64,000 nucleotides of DNA from a bacterium (GTDB taxonomy: Bacteria > Patescibacteriota > Microgenomatia > UBA8517), in contig CP129472.1 of NCBI GenBank assembly GCA_030583725.1, positions 529,902 through 593,901 of the forward strand, written 5' to 3'. This document shows, piece by piece, positions 8,440 to 17,944 of this stretch (the stretch's first letter is position 1; every line of letters begins with the position of its first letter). The notes beneath the pieces were generated by a model that saw nothing but the letters and a program-made list of their open reading frames with translations, was not told where the DNA came from and searched no databases. A program made the translations under genes and the position numbers.

Positions 8440-10500
8440 ATGGACAGTAAATATAACCACAATGAGCATGAAGAAAAAATATATTCTGAATGGGAAAAAT
8501 CAGATAGTTTTAAACCAAATGGTTCTAAACAGACTTTTTCAATAACCCTTCCCCCACCAAATGCTAATGCTGCTCTCCATTATGGCCATGCTATGTATAC
8601 AGTTGAAGATGTATTAATTAGATACCATAGAATGAAAGGTTTTTCTACTCTTTGGATACCTGGAGCAGACCACGCTGGTTTTGAAACACAAGTTGTATAT
8701 GAAAAACATTTAGAAAAAATAGGCAAGTCGAGGTTTGATTTTGACAGAGATACTTTATATAAAGATATTTTTGAATTTGTTCAAGGTAATCGTGGGACAA
8801 TGGAAAACCAACTAAAAAGATTAGGTTTTTCACTTGACTGGTCTAATATAAAATTTACTCTTGATGATTCTGTGGTTAAGGTAGTACACAAAACTTTCAA
8901 GAAATTATACGATGATGAACTGGTCTATAGAGACATAAAACTTGTCAACTATTGCACAAAACACGGAACCGCCTTTTCAGACCTTGAAGTGGAACATATA
9001 GAAAAGATGTCTAAACTTTATTTTGTTAAATATAAAATAGAGAATGAGAATGATTACATAACAGTCGCCACCACAAGACCTGAAACAATATTTGGGGATA
9101 GTGGAATTTGTGTTAATCCTAAGGATAAAAGATATAAAAAATTTGTAGGTAAGAAGGCCATAAATCCACTCAATGGGAGAGTTATGCCTATTTTTGCTGA
9201 TGAGTACGTCAAGATGGACTTTGGTACAGGGGCCCTGAAAGTTACACCGCTACATGATGAAAATGATTTTCTTTTGGGTAAAAAACATAACTTAGAAAAT
9301 TATCAGGTTATTGATTTTAGGGGTAAGTTTACAAAAGAAGCAGGTGAATTTGAAGGTCAAAAAGCATCTACCCTTCGTGACACAATTGTTGAGAAACTAC
9401 AAAACAATGAGCACTTGGAAAAGGTAGAAGAATTTAACAACTCAGTTGGTACTTGTTATAAATGTGGTAACACCCTTGAACCTCTACCAATGGAGCAGTG
9501 GTTTATTAAAACAAAAGAACTTGCCAAACCTGCAATCAAAGCAGTCGAAGATGGTCATACTAAAATCATTCCAAAAAGATTTGAGAAAATTTACTTCAAC
9601 TGGTTGAAAAATATTAGAGACTGGAATATTTCAAGACAAATTGTTTGGGGTATTAGAATCCCTGCTTGGAAAAACACAAAAACGGGAGAATGGACGGTTA
9701 CCGATGGACAATCACCCAAAGGAGATTTTTGGGAACAGGACAAGGACACCTTTGATACTTGGTTTTCATCAGGTCAGTGGCCATTTGCAACACTCAACTA
9801 CCCTGAAGGTGAATTATACAAAAAATATTATCCCCTTTCGGTTATGGAAACTGGTTATGATATTTTATTTTTTTGGGTAGCCAGAATGATGATGTTGGGT
9901 ATTTATGTAACTGGCAAAGTTCCTTTTAAAAACATCTATCTTCATGGAATAGTTAGAGATTCAAAAGGTCAAAAAATGAGCAAGAGCAAAGGAAATGTTA
10001 TTAATCCGTTGGAAATTGTAGAAAAATATGGAGCAGACTCCCTAAGAATGTCATTAATCGCTGGTGCTGGTGCTGGCAATGACCAAAACTATTCTGAAGA
10101 AAAAGTTAGAGGGTATAGAAACTTTGGCAATAAAATTTGGAATGCGGCGAGATTTGTTAAAGATTTTAAACTAGAAGCCGACCAGAATAAAAAGTTTGAC
10201 TTAAAAATTAAAAGTATTGCCGAAAGTGTAACTAAAAGTTTAGAAAAATATAACCTAAACAAGGCCGCTGAAACAGTCTATGAAGAATTTTGGCATTGGT
10301 ACTGTGACGAAGCCATAGAAGAAGCAAAAGCTGGAAAAATTGGGTATAAACAATTAAAGTCAGGTTTATTTGTATTTTTGAAACTCCTCCATCCTTTTAT
10401 GCCGTTTGTAACAGAAGCTTGTTGGAAGGAATTGGGAAATGACACTTTACTACTAACCGAGTCTTGGCCTAAGATTAGTAATGGTCAAGATAAGGTATAG
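8440..10500 (+). CDS. valS: valyl-tRNA synthetase (short form lacking C-terminal coiled coil)
   Basis: 686 aa. Class I HIGH-type motif 'LHYGHA', 'KMSKSKGNVINP' KMSKS motif, 'DTFDTWFSSGQWPFATLNYP' ValRS-type editing/anticodon-region signature. Confidence 0.7.
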   Translation: MDSKYNHNEHEEKIYSEWEKSDSFKPNGSKQTFSITLPPPNANAALHYGHAMYTVEDVLIRYHRMKGFSTLWIPGADHAGFETQVVYEKHLEKIGKSRFDFDRDTLYKDIFEFVQGNRGTMENQLKRLGFSLDWSNIKFTLDDSVVKVVHKTFKKLYDDELVYRDIKLVNYCTKHGTAFSDLEVEHIEKMSKLYFVKYKIENENDYITVATTRPETIFGDSGICVNPKDKRYKKFVGKKAINPLNGRVMPIFADEYVKMDFGTGALKVTPLHDENDFLLGKKHNLENYQVIDFRGKFTKEAGEFEGQKASTLRDTIVEKLQNNEHLEKVEEFNNSVGTCYKCGNTLEPLPMEQWFIKTKELAKPAIKAVEDGHTKIIPKRFEKIYFNWLKNIRDWNISRQIVWGIRIPAWKNTKTGEWTVTDGQSPKGDFWEQDKDTFDTWFSSGQWPFATLNYPEGELYKKYYPLSVMETGYDILFFWVARMMMLGIYVTGKVPFKNIYLHGIVRDSKGQKMSKSKGNVINPLEIVEKYGADSLRMSLIAGAGAGNDQNYSEEKVRGYRNFGNKIWNAARFVKDFKLEADQNKKFDLKIKSIAESVTKSLEKYNLNKAAETVYEEFWHWYCDEAIEEAKAGKIGYKQLKSGLFVFLKLLHPFMPFVTEACWKELGNDTLLLTESWPKISNGQDKV

Positions 10501-10735
10501 CTACAAGAAAGATTTACTTGTCCTTATTTATATCAACTTAGCAATACTTATTATCTTGTTTTCGTTGTTTAATATTCAGTCGCACAGAAATAAGGAGGTT
10601 GCTGTACTTGGTGCAACTGATAATAGTGACTATTGGGAGGAAATTACACTAAAACATCCAACATATAGAGATGCTTGGGTAGAACTAGGGAGAATGGATA
10701 AAGTTTACGAAATTGATCCAAACTATAATAGATAA
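10481..10735 (+). CDS. hypothetical small membrane protein
   Basis: 84 aa with one TM. Overlaps the valS end by 20 nt. Confidence 0.25.
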   Translation: MVKIRYSYKKDLLVLIYINLAILIILFSLFNIQSHRNKEVAVLGATDNSDYWEEITLKHPTYRDAWVELGRMDKVYEIDPNYNR

Positions 10736-11395
10736 CTACTCTTTAACTGCTTCTTTTGGAGCTTCGCCCTCAGCTGGTGTTTCACCTTCTTTTGGAGCTT
10801 CGCCCTCAGCTGGTGTTTCACCTTCCACCGGTACTGGTGCCTCTACAACTTCCTCCTTTTGAGGTGGTTCAACTTTGGCAACTATTGATTCTCCATCTGT
10901 TATCACTGTAACTTTTGAATCAAGTTTGATATCTTTTACATAGATTGCCTGATCAACTTCGGCTAAAATAGATTGATCAACAACTATATTCTCAGGTAAA
11001 TCTGTTGGTAATGCTTCTACTTCAATTTCGTCAAGTTGTTGAACAACAGTACCTAAGTTTTGTTTTTCAGCAGGAGACTCACCTATTAACTCAACTGGAA
11101 TTTTTGCCTCGATCTTTTCTTTCAAATCAACCTGTCTAAAATCAATGTGCAACATATCCCCACTTACTGGGTGGACTTGAACCTTTGAGACCAACACAGA
11201 CCTGCCACCTAAATCAATTAGCTGGGTCTCACCTGCTGTCTTGAATACTTCTCTAAACTCTTTTGCATCAACAACAATAGTCTCTGACTTTATATTTTTA
11301 CCAAAAATGTTAGCTGGTATTTTGCCAGCCTTACGAAGTGTTTTAACCTTCCTACCAACTACTTCTCTTTTTTCAGTTTTTAGTTTGATTGTCAT
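10736..11395 (-). CDS. rplY: 50S ribosomal protein L25 / general stress protein Ctc
   Basis: 219 aa. 'TIKLKTEKREVVGRKVKTLRKAGKIPANIFGK' N-terminus typical of L25/Ctc. Acidic repetitive C-terminus. Confidence 0.75.
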   Translation of the reverse strand: MTIKLKTEKREVVGRKVKTLRKAGKIPANIFGKNIKSETIVVDAKEFREVFKTAGETQLIDLGGRSVLVSKVQVHPVSGDMLHIDFRQVDLKEKIEAKIPVELIGESPAEKQNLGTVVQQLDEIEVEALPTDLPENIVVDQSILAEVDQAIYVKDIKLDSKVTVITDGESIVAKVEPPQKEEVVEAPVPVEGETPAEGEAPKEGETPAEGEAPKEAVKE

Positions 11396-13948
11396 CTATT
11401 TTAAAAATAATCTAATGCTAAGGTCTTTAGCCAGAGTTGTATTATAGCTTGAAATACCCTTTCCGGTCAAGGAAAGATTATTTGTAGTAATATTTATTTT
11501 AATCAGGTCTTCGTCTGTTCCCGCTTGTTTAAAGATATTTAAATCATATTGCCCTCCTTGAGCAATGGTTTCATTTGGGGTCTCCCAAACAACTTGTATC
11601 CTCTTTTGTGTTGAAGGTATTACTTCAATCAGGAAACCAGCCTCGAGACGTCCATCAATTTCGGTTAAATCATAGCTTAAATCGTTGTAGCCTGCATAAA
11701 GATCATATTCTCTGATCCCAACAATTTTGGCAGACAAAGGTAATACAATCCTTGCATAATTTTTATACAAACCTTGATTACCTATTGCTGGGCTAGCAGA
11801 ATTATCATATGTAGTAAAAAGTTCGTGTGTTATCTGACTTGTGTTAATTGTCAAATTTAAATCATGGTCTCGTTTAATAAAATAGTTAGCCTTGTTAACC
11901 CCCAAGTTGGCATCAACAACAAGGAAACTATCTCTAAAACATCTAGGACCACATTCTGTGGAAAAATCTAACTGGCCAGTATAACCTAAGTTGTATAAGG
12001 CAGACTGGGCGTAAGTGTCGTGTAGAAATACTTGTATATGTTTTCTTTCCAAACTTTGATAAACCTCTTTGAAAAGAAGTGGATATTTGTCTTGGGGTAA
12101 AGATCTAATTTCATTAATTAAAAGCCTTGATAGTGATGTTAGTATTGAAGCCTTCTTTATAGACCCAGGAAAAAATTCGTCTTCAACTTCAGATTGAATA
12201 ACTTGATATAGGTTGTTTTGATCAAGAGTTAAATTGTAATCAGTTAAATTAATCTGACCAATAACGCCTATCAATCTCTTGACAAAATAGAGGTCGATAG
12301 CAATTACTCCATCGACCTGTTGTGATATCTCTTTGTCTAAAAACCATTCTGCCTTAACCGCTGAACTTGAAAAATCGGGGTCCCAATTTGAATCCCTTAA
12401 GTACCAGCCCCCCTCTCCAAGGTGTGTTTTAATTGGCTCAGGTGGGTCCACGTGGCCTTTTAGTTGACCATCTGCACTATAGACATCATTTACAACCATT
12501 TCTGTTAACCTACCTTTGTCAAAAGTGGCTAATGCAAACGATCCTATAAATCCCCCTGTTGGTCTAAGCTCCATATTGTTTTGAAACAAAATCAAATATT
12601 TTTTTGGCTTGTCAATTCCCAATAGATTATTGCTTCTTGAAACTAAATTTTTAAGTTCATACAAATTACTCTTATAAAGCCCAATGTTAATCGATCTTTT
12701 TGAAAGGTAACTTTTCAACAAATCCGCCCAAAAACCTTGATAGTCATTAATATCACCTTGCAGGAAACTTGTATCTGTGTGGAGCTTGTCTAGGCTTGCC
12801 GAAATACTATTTGTTTCGAATGCTAAGTCAAAACTACTATCACCCATTACCTTGCCAACCAAGGATCTTGAAGTGTCTGCCAAAACGATACCCTCTTTAA
12901 TTAAAAGTGCAGACTTATACAGTATATTCCCACTATCATATATAAAATTGTTACCAAAACTTAATTTTTTTGAATATGAGGACGTCTCTAGACCAGCATT
13001 AACTAAAGTTTTTGCCAAAGTATTATTACCGAAAATCAAAAAGGTTGATAAATAAAGAAGGGTGGCAGAAATTAACATCAAATAAAATGGCGTGAGTATC
13101 AATAAGACCAAAAACAATAATGCTTTGAGAGTTTTTTTAGATATCGGAATCTTGCTTTCCTTTTGCTTTTTGTTAAATACTATTTTCTCTTTAGGCAACA
13201 AATGGCTGTCTACCTTTTTTTGTGTAGTGAGTAAAAAAGTATCTTTTGTGCTTTTAACTGCAGTCCTTAATGAAAACTCGCAATTTAGGTTAGTGCTTGA
13301 ATGTAGTTCAACTTGCTGCCATGGTTCTTTTTTAAATACAATATTTTGTTGATCTACGTTTAAGTCGTCGGTGATAAACAGCTTCTTGGTTTTTCTAGGG
13401 CCTATTAAGGCCACTTTTTGGCCGGAGATACCAAAGGAAAACATTTCACGGACTACAACCTCTGACAATTTGACAACAGAGATTGCATTAACTAGTTGGC
13501 TAGTCTCATTTACCTTTATCCTTTCACTTAAGATGGATTGCATAATTAAATCGTGTGAAAGACTGTCTGGGTTGTATGAAACACCCTGCCCTAAAATATC
13601 AGGTACCAACAATATCCCAAGGTTTGGAGAGTTATCAATTAAACCTTGCAATAAGTCCTCTGTTACAAACTTTTTAGACTTTAAAACATATAGTGGGTGT
13701 AAAACAAGAATCTTACAGTCAATGTCGTTAATAAACTTAGACACCTTACTTAAGTAATCTTCATAATCACAAAGGTTTACAATTAGATAACTTAAGGTTT
13801 TGCCTTTTAATTTTTCAAAATCCTGTGAAACTAAAGTTTTTAAATATTTTTGACTAAACTTTTCCTTTAACTTATCTGTTAATGCGCCATCCTTAGAGTA
13901 AATTCCAACCAGCCCATCAAAGTTTTCCATATTCAATAATCGTACCAC
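11396..13948 (-). CDS. large membrane-anchored protein, DUF4012-like
   Basis: 850 aa. About 270-aa cytoplasmic N-domain, single TM, long extracellular region containing 'NNMELRPTGGFIGSFA', which I recall as characteristic of DUF4012 proteins. Confidence 0.35.
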   Translation of the reverse strand: MVRLLNMENFDGLVGIYSKDGALTDKLKEKFSQKYLKTLVSQDFEKLKGKTLSYLIVNLCDYEDYLSKVSKFINDIDCKILVLHPLYVLKSKKFVTEDLLQGLIDNSPNLGILLVPDILGQGVSYNPDSLSHDLIMQSILSERIKVNETSQLVNAISVVKLSEVVVREMFSFGISGQKVALIGPRKTKKLFITDDLNVDQQNIVFKKEPWQQVELHSSTNLNCEFSLRTAVKSTKDTFLLTTQKKVDSHLLPKEKIVFNKKQKESKIPISKKTLKALLFLVLLILTPFYLMLISATLLYLSTFLIFGNNTLAKTLVNAGLETSSYSKKLSFGNNFIYDSGNILYKSALLIKEGIVLADTSRSLVGKVMGDSSFDLAFETNSISASLDKLHTDTSFLQGDINDYQGFWADLLKSYLSKRSINIGLYKSNLYELKNLVSRSNNLLGIDKPKKYLILFQNNMELRPTGGFIGSFALATFDKGRLTEMVVNDVYSADGQLKGHVDPPEPIKTHLGEGGWYLRDSNWDPDFSSSAVKAEWFLDKEISQQVDGVIAIDLYFVKRLIGVIGQINLTDYNLTLDQNNLYQVIQSEVEDEFFPGSIKKASILTSLSRLLINEIRSLPQDKYPLLFKEVYQSLERKHIQVFLHDTYAQSALYNLGYTGQLDFSTECGPRCFRDSFLVVDANLGVNKANYFIKRDHDLNLTINTSQITHELFTTYDNSASPAIGNQGLYKNYARIVLPLSAKIVGIREYDLYAGYNDLSYDLTEIDGRLEAGFLIEVIPSTQKRIQVVWETPNETIAQGGQYDLNIFKQAGTDEDLIKINITTNNLSLTGKGISSYNTTLAKDLSIRLFLK

Positions 13949-14063
13949 AGAAGCTGTATAAAAATTAAGGTTTCAAATTACCGTATGCGGTTTCTTTTGA
14001 TAAACAAAAATAATTTTCATTTTCCCGTTGAAGCAAATAACACTCTATTACCAAGCATGTTCC

Positions 14064-14483
14064 TTAACGTGAAGTATTTACATCAAGTTCTTTATTTACT
14101 AAACTGTCTGCTAAAACATTTTTCTCTCTATAACCCCATTGAAAAACTATTTTTAAGTTGTATTTTTTGATTAATGTTTTTATATCATTAAATATTTTTA
14201 CTAAATTTTTGTTTTTAACTTTGTAAAAACCGTTTAGTTGTCTTTCTACTAACTGAGAATCAAGATTCACAACTACTGAAGAGTTTTCATTAACAACTGG
14301 TAACTTTATTAACCATTCAACGGCCATTAAAACAGCTGCATACTCTGCTACATTGTTAGTATTAATACCAAGATATTTGCTTTCTGAATACTCTATTTTT
14401 TTTGAGTCGTCAACGACAACAAAAGCAGAAGCTGAAGGACCTGGATTTCCTCTTGAACCACCATCACAATATATTGTCATCAT
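14064..14483 (-). CDS. rnhA: ribonuclease HI
   Basis: 139 aa. 'IYCDGGSRGNPGPSASAFVV ... NNVAEYAAVLMAVEWL' RNase H fold motifs. Confidence 0.75.
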   Translation of the reverse strand: MMTIYCDGGSRGNPGPSASAFVVVDDSKKIEYSESKYLGINTNNVAEYAAVLMAVEWLIKLPVVNENSSVVVNLDSQLVERQLNGFYKVKNKNLVKIFNDIKTLIKKYNLKIVFQWGYREKNVLADSLVNKELDVNTSR

Positions 14484-14495
14484 ATCTTTTGTATA

Positions 14496-15587
14496 TTAAT
14501 GTTTTTTCGCTATTTTAGAAAGTGCCAAGACAAAGGTAAAAAGCAATAAGTTTTGTTGGAGGGTTATCCAATAGTGATCAGACATTCCTGTAAAAATTAT
14601 TGCAATCAAATAGTAGTTGACAGAAGTAACACCAGCTAGCAAAACGAAACAAAATACTATTACTCCCATAATTCCTGTTTCAGAAAAAACTAATAAAAAA
14701 ATATTGTGTACTGGTTGCATTTCCCATACGTTTAGATAAGTATTGCTCACTTTAACCAAACCTGGAATAAAGTTGTTTACACCTGTCCCTGTCCAAAAGT
14801 TCTCTTTAATCAATTGAAGTGATGCTTTTATAAGTTCTATCCTGTGGACGATAAAGCGTTCACCGAAATCGATAAAAAACAAACCAGAAGCAAATATGGT
14901 TCTTAACTTTACTAAAAGCAGCACTAAAACTGTCAAGTAAACATTAAGAGAGTTAGTTAAAATTAAATTAGTTATAACTAGTATTAATAAGGCCCAAAAA
15001 TACCTTGGATTAAATTTAGACTTAAGTTGTAACAAAAACATTCCAAAAATCAGCAAAAAACCAGCAAAAGAGTTGGGGTGTGAAAATGTAGCGTACGGGT
15101 ATGGGGCGACGTTTGGGTCACTAAAAATAAAGGCTCTTTCTCCCAACCAATAAAAAATGCCACCGATAGAACCTTTGGTTAAAAATTGTAATAAACCAAG
15201 GACGCAAACAATAAAAATAGAATAAGAAAGTGGTTTGATAAAATGATTGTAAATATCAAACTTTTTTAAGTTAATTATAACCAAACCCAACAAAAGCATT
15301 TCTGAAACTTTAATCCAACCATAAATAGCGGGTGTTGCAAACAATGAATTGTAGATGTTTATTGAAGCAAACATTAAATAAAGAAGGGTAAAAATTAAAT
15401 ATTTTCTCGTAAACTTAATTTTTCTTATTCCAAAAAAAATTACTAATAAAGTAACAACATCTGTCAAATAAAGTTTAGGTATTAAATAGTCAATACTAAA
15501 ACCATAAACAGATGTGGCAAAAATATCAAAGTGATAAACCAGCTGGAAAGGAAGTGAGAGAGAGAGAAGTGAAATTAAATACAACAT
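14496..15587 (-). CDS. O-antigen ligase (Wzy_C)-like polytopic membrane protein
   Basis: 363 aa with about 10 TM. 'SHPNSFAGFLLIFGMFLL' resembles the conserved H-N-s-f/y motif of the O-antigen ligase family. Confidence 0.4.
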   Translation of the reverse strand: MLYLISLLSLSLPFQLVYHFDIFATSVYGFSIDYLIPKLYLTDVVTLLVIFFGIRKIKFTRKYLIFTLLYLMFASINIYNSLFATPAIYGWIKVSEMLLLGLVIINLKKFDIYNHFIKPLSYSIFIVCVLGLLQFLTKGSIGGIFYWLGERAFIFSDPNVAPYPYATFSHPNSFAGFLLIFGMFLLQLKSKFNPRYFWALLILVITNLILTNSLNVYLTVLVLLLVKLRTIFASGLFFIDFGERFIVHRIELIKASLQLIKENFWTGTGVNNFIPGLVKVSNTYLNVWEMQPVHNIFLLVFSETGIMGVIVFCFVLLAGVTSVNYYLIAIIFTGMSDHYWITLQQNLLLFTFVLALSKIAKKH

Positions 15588-15604
15588 TTAGTTGTATTAT
15601 ACAA

Positions 15605-16051
15605 TTACTTGGGCTTGATAACTAAATATCTATCTGGCTCAACACCTTCAGAGAGAGTGTCCACGTCGCTTCGCTCCGATAAGTGCATATGAACAACCCT
15701 TCTTTGAGATGCACTTAAATTATAAAGTGGTTGGGGTTCTTTTGTTTCAAGTGCCCTGTCAGCAGATTGATCAGCAAGTTCTTTTAACTTTTCATCCTGT
15801 TTTTGTCTGTAGTCACCAACATTAACAATTAATCTATACCATTCTCCAGTTTGCCCCTTTAAAATAATGCCTAATACTGTTTGGAGGGCGTTTATATTTT
15901 CCCCCCTAAAACCAATCAGTAGACCTGTTTCGTCTTCTGTTGAAAGATTAACCTCATAAGTGCTATCTCCCAAGTCAACCACTTCAACATCTGCAGTAAC
16001 TCCAGCAAGTTTTAATAACTCCTCTGTTAAAGATTTTATCTTGTCATTCAT
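15605..16051 (-). CDS. jag: Jag/KhpB RNA-binding protein (KH + R3H)
   Basis: 148 aa. R3H-like C-terminus. Sits immediately downstream of yidC, the conserved position. Confidence 0.65.
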   Translation of the reverse strand: MNDKIKSLTEELLKLAGVTADVEVVDLGDSTYEVNLSTEDETGLLIGFRGENINALQTVLGIILKGQTGEWYRLIVNVGDYRQKQDEKLKELADQSADRALETKEPQPLYNLSASQRRVVHMHLSERSDVDTLSEGVEPDRYLVIKPK

Positions 16052-16064
16052 ATTAAGTATGGCG

Positions 16065-16874
16065 TTATTGTAACAAACCTATCCGATTTAGAAAAGGGGT
16101 AAGACCGCCCCAACCTGAAGTTTTATATTGTTGGTACATTTGGAAAATTGAAAAGAGCAACCAATAAAGTGCAAGGCCAGAAGGGAAATTAATACCAAAA
16201 AGAATAGTCATTAGTGGGAAGGTGTAAATCATTGAAGATTGCATTGCAACTGCCATATCATCAGCTTGACCTGTTGTAGCCTTGGCAATTTTTTCTTCTT
16301 TTTTGACTAAAGGTGCCATCATTTTAGCTGAAAAAAACTGCAACGCTCCAGCTAATAACAATAGTGGGCCTGGAATTGGAAAGGGAATACCATCAAATCT
16401 AAAAACGTCAGGGTATCTAACATCTAGGTATAAAAACTTAGTATCAATAACTGTTCCATCTGCAAACTTAAGGGCTCCATATAACAAATCATTTAATATT
16501 TTTACCGTATCTCCATTTTGAGCCAGCACTCTTGTAAAAACATTAAACAGTGCAATCATAATAATGATATTTAAAATATAGGGGAGACAACCTGCAGTTG
16601 GGTTAATTCCTTTTTGCTTATAAAGCTCAGTTTGAGCAGCCATTAAAGCTTTTGGATCGCTTTTATATTTGATCTTTAGTTTTTTGACTAATGGCTCAAC
16701 GTCCTTAATTTTCTTCATTGAGTTCATATAGGGTTTGGTTAGGGGATTTGTTAAAAATCTTAAAAAGACACTAAAACCAATAATGGCTAGTCCCATATCT
16801 GAAAAGAGTAGGTTATAAAAAAGGATAAGACCATTTGTAAGTGGTTGTACTAATATAACAGTAAAAATATTCAT
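16065..16874 (-). CDS. yidC: membrane protein insertase YidC (short Gram-positive type)
   Basis: 269 aa. 'PLTKPYMNSMKKIKDVEPLVKKLKIKYKSDPKALMAAQTELYKQKGINPTAGCLPYILN' is the YidC/Oxa1 core. Confidence 0.8.
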   Translation of the reverse strand: MNIFTVILVQPLTNGLILFYNLLFSDMGLAIIGFSVFLRFLTNPLTKPYMNSMKKIKDVEPLVKKLKIKYKSDPKALMAAQTELYKQKGINPTAGCLPYILNIIIMIALFNVFTRVLAQNGDTVKILNDLLYGALKFADGTVIDTKFLYLDVRYPDVFRFDGIPFPIPGPLLLLAGALQFFSAKMMAPLVKKEEKIAKATTGQADDMAVAMQSSMIYTFPLMTILFGINFPSGLALYWLLFSIFQMYQQYKTSGWGGLTPFLNRIGLLQ

Positions 16875-16892
16875 ATAGTTTTTTTAAAAAAA

Positions 16893-17084
16893 TTACCTTG
16901 ACCAACTATTACACCTAAGTAGTTGTTTTAGACCTAAAAAGACACCTCTGATGATACCATGTTTCTCAATCATTAACACCGTGTATTCAGAGCAGGTGGG
17001 TTTAAACCTGCAACCTCCTCCACCAAACATAAAGACAAGTAGGGGAGAAAGAGTAGATTTATATATTTTTAATAATAACCTCAT
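16893..17084 (-). CDS. yidD: membrane protein insertion efficiency factor YidD
   Basis: 63 aa. 'CRFKPTCSEY' and 'LRCNSW' motifs. Confidence 0.75.
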   Translation of the reverse strand: MRLLLKIYKSTLSPLLVFMFGGGGCRFKPTCSEYTVLMIEKHGIIRGVFLGLKQLLRCNSWSR

Positions 17085-17394
17085 TTACTTCCCTTTCCAA
17101 GTCTTTTTTATCGGCCCTAAGAACCGCTGGTTTAATTAAAAATACAACATCGTATCCTTTTTTGAGGGTAGGTAACTTCTGCCTAACCACTTCAGACATT
17201 ATTCTCTTTATCCTATTTCTGACAACAGCTTTCTTTGATATTTTTGTAGAAATTATAAAACCAAAACAAGACTCTTCATTATCATCTCTAAAATAGGATC
17301 CCATGCCAAAGGACGTAGACTGATACATCTTTCCATCTATTTCAATACGTGCAAAATTAACTTTTTTCTTGAGTCTGTTCCTAGAGGGTAACAT
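17059..17394 (-). CDS. rnpA: RNase P protein component
   Basis: 111 aa. 'AVVRNRIKRIMSEV' motif. Located between rpmH and yidD. Confidence 0.75.
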   Translation of the reverse strand: MLPSRNRLKKKVNFARIEIDGKMYQSTSFGMGSYFRDDNEESCFGFIISTKISKKAVVRNRIKRIMSEVVRQKLPTLKKGYDVVFLIKPAVLRADKKDLEREVNEVIIKNI

Positions 17395-17540
17395 TATTCA
17401 CTTGCAGTTAGTCTTTTTCTTCCTTTTAAAATCCTTCTTTTAATGACCTTTTTTCCTCCTTTTGAGGAATTCCTAGCCATAAAGCCAAACTTTTTAATTC
17501 TCTTTTTTTTGTGTGGTTGAAATGTTCTTTTTGTTGACAT
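17394..17540 (-). CDS. rpmH: 50S ribosomal protein L34
   Basis: Not in the ORF track (under 60 aa). Manual translation of the minus strand gives [48 protein letters not shown] (48 aa), a clear L34. Its stop overlaps the rnpA start by 1 nt. Confidence 0.8.
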   Translation of the reverse strand: MSTKRTFQPHKKKRIKKFGFMARNSSKGGKKVIKRRILKGRKRLTASE

Positions 17541-17586
17541 GGGTGAAGTATAACAGAAACAACCAAGATTCTAAATACTAAAAAAA

Positions 17587-17787
17587 CTAATCCGCCCTTG
17601 ACTCAGTACAATTATTTTCTCCAAAAGGGCATGCTTCACATTTTTCAGGAATTGGAAAAACTCTTGCAATAACACTGTTTTGATCAAAACCCTGGACACT
17701 GCCATCGCATACACCTATTGAATCTTCCAGTTTAAAATCTACCACACCAGGACCATCAATTGTCGCAAGAATCAACTCAGTTGTCAT
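17587..17787 (-). CDS. hypothetical small Cys-rich protein (doubtful)
   Basis: 66-aa ORF inside the rpmH-dnaA spacer. No motif. May be non-coding origin or promoter DNA. Confidence 0.15.
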   Translation of the reverse strand: MTTELILATIDGPGVVDFKLEDSIGVCDGSVQGFDQNSVIARVFPIPEKCEACPFGENNCTESRAD

Positions 17788-17944
17788 AATAGCCTGATAT
17801 TACTCTCTCTCCTCGTAAATTTCAACCATTTGTTTACAATTATTTTTTACTTTTTTTGACTAATAAAAAGAATTGGGTAATTGCCCCTTGTATATTGTGG
17901 ATAACTTTTTGTATGATGTGACTCTCCTGCCCTTACTATTTTCA

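Noticed and set aside
17873-17944. Longer dnaA start at 17873
   Set aside because: A perfect DnaA box lies inside it and a canonical DnaA N-terminus begins at 17945.
17541-17944. RNase P RNA or SRP RNA hidden in the 404-bp rpmH-dnaA spacer
   Set aside because: No conserved RNase P (AGGAAAGUCCGGGCU-like) or SRP motifs seen on either strand. The region looks like AT-rich promoter/origin DNA.
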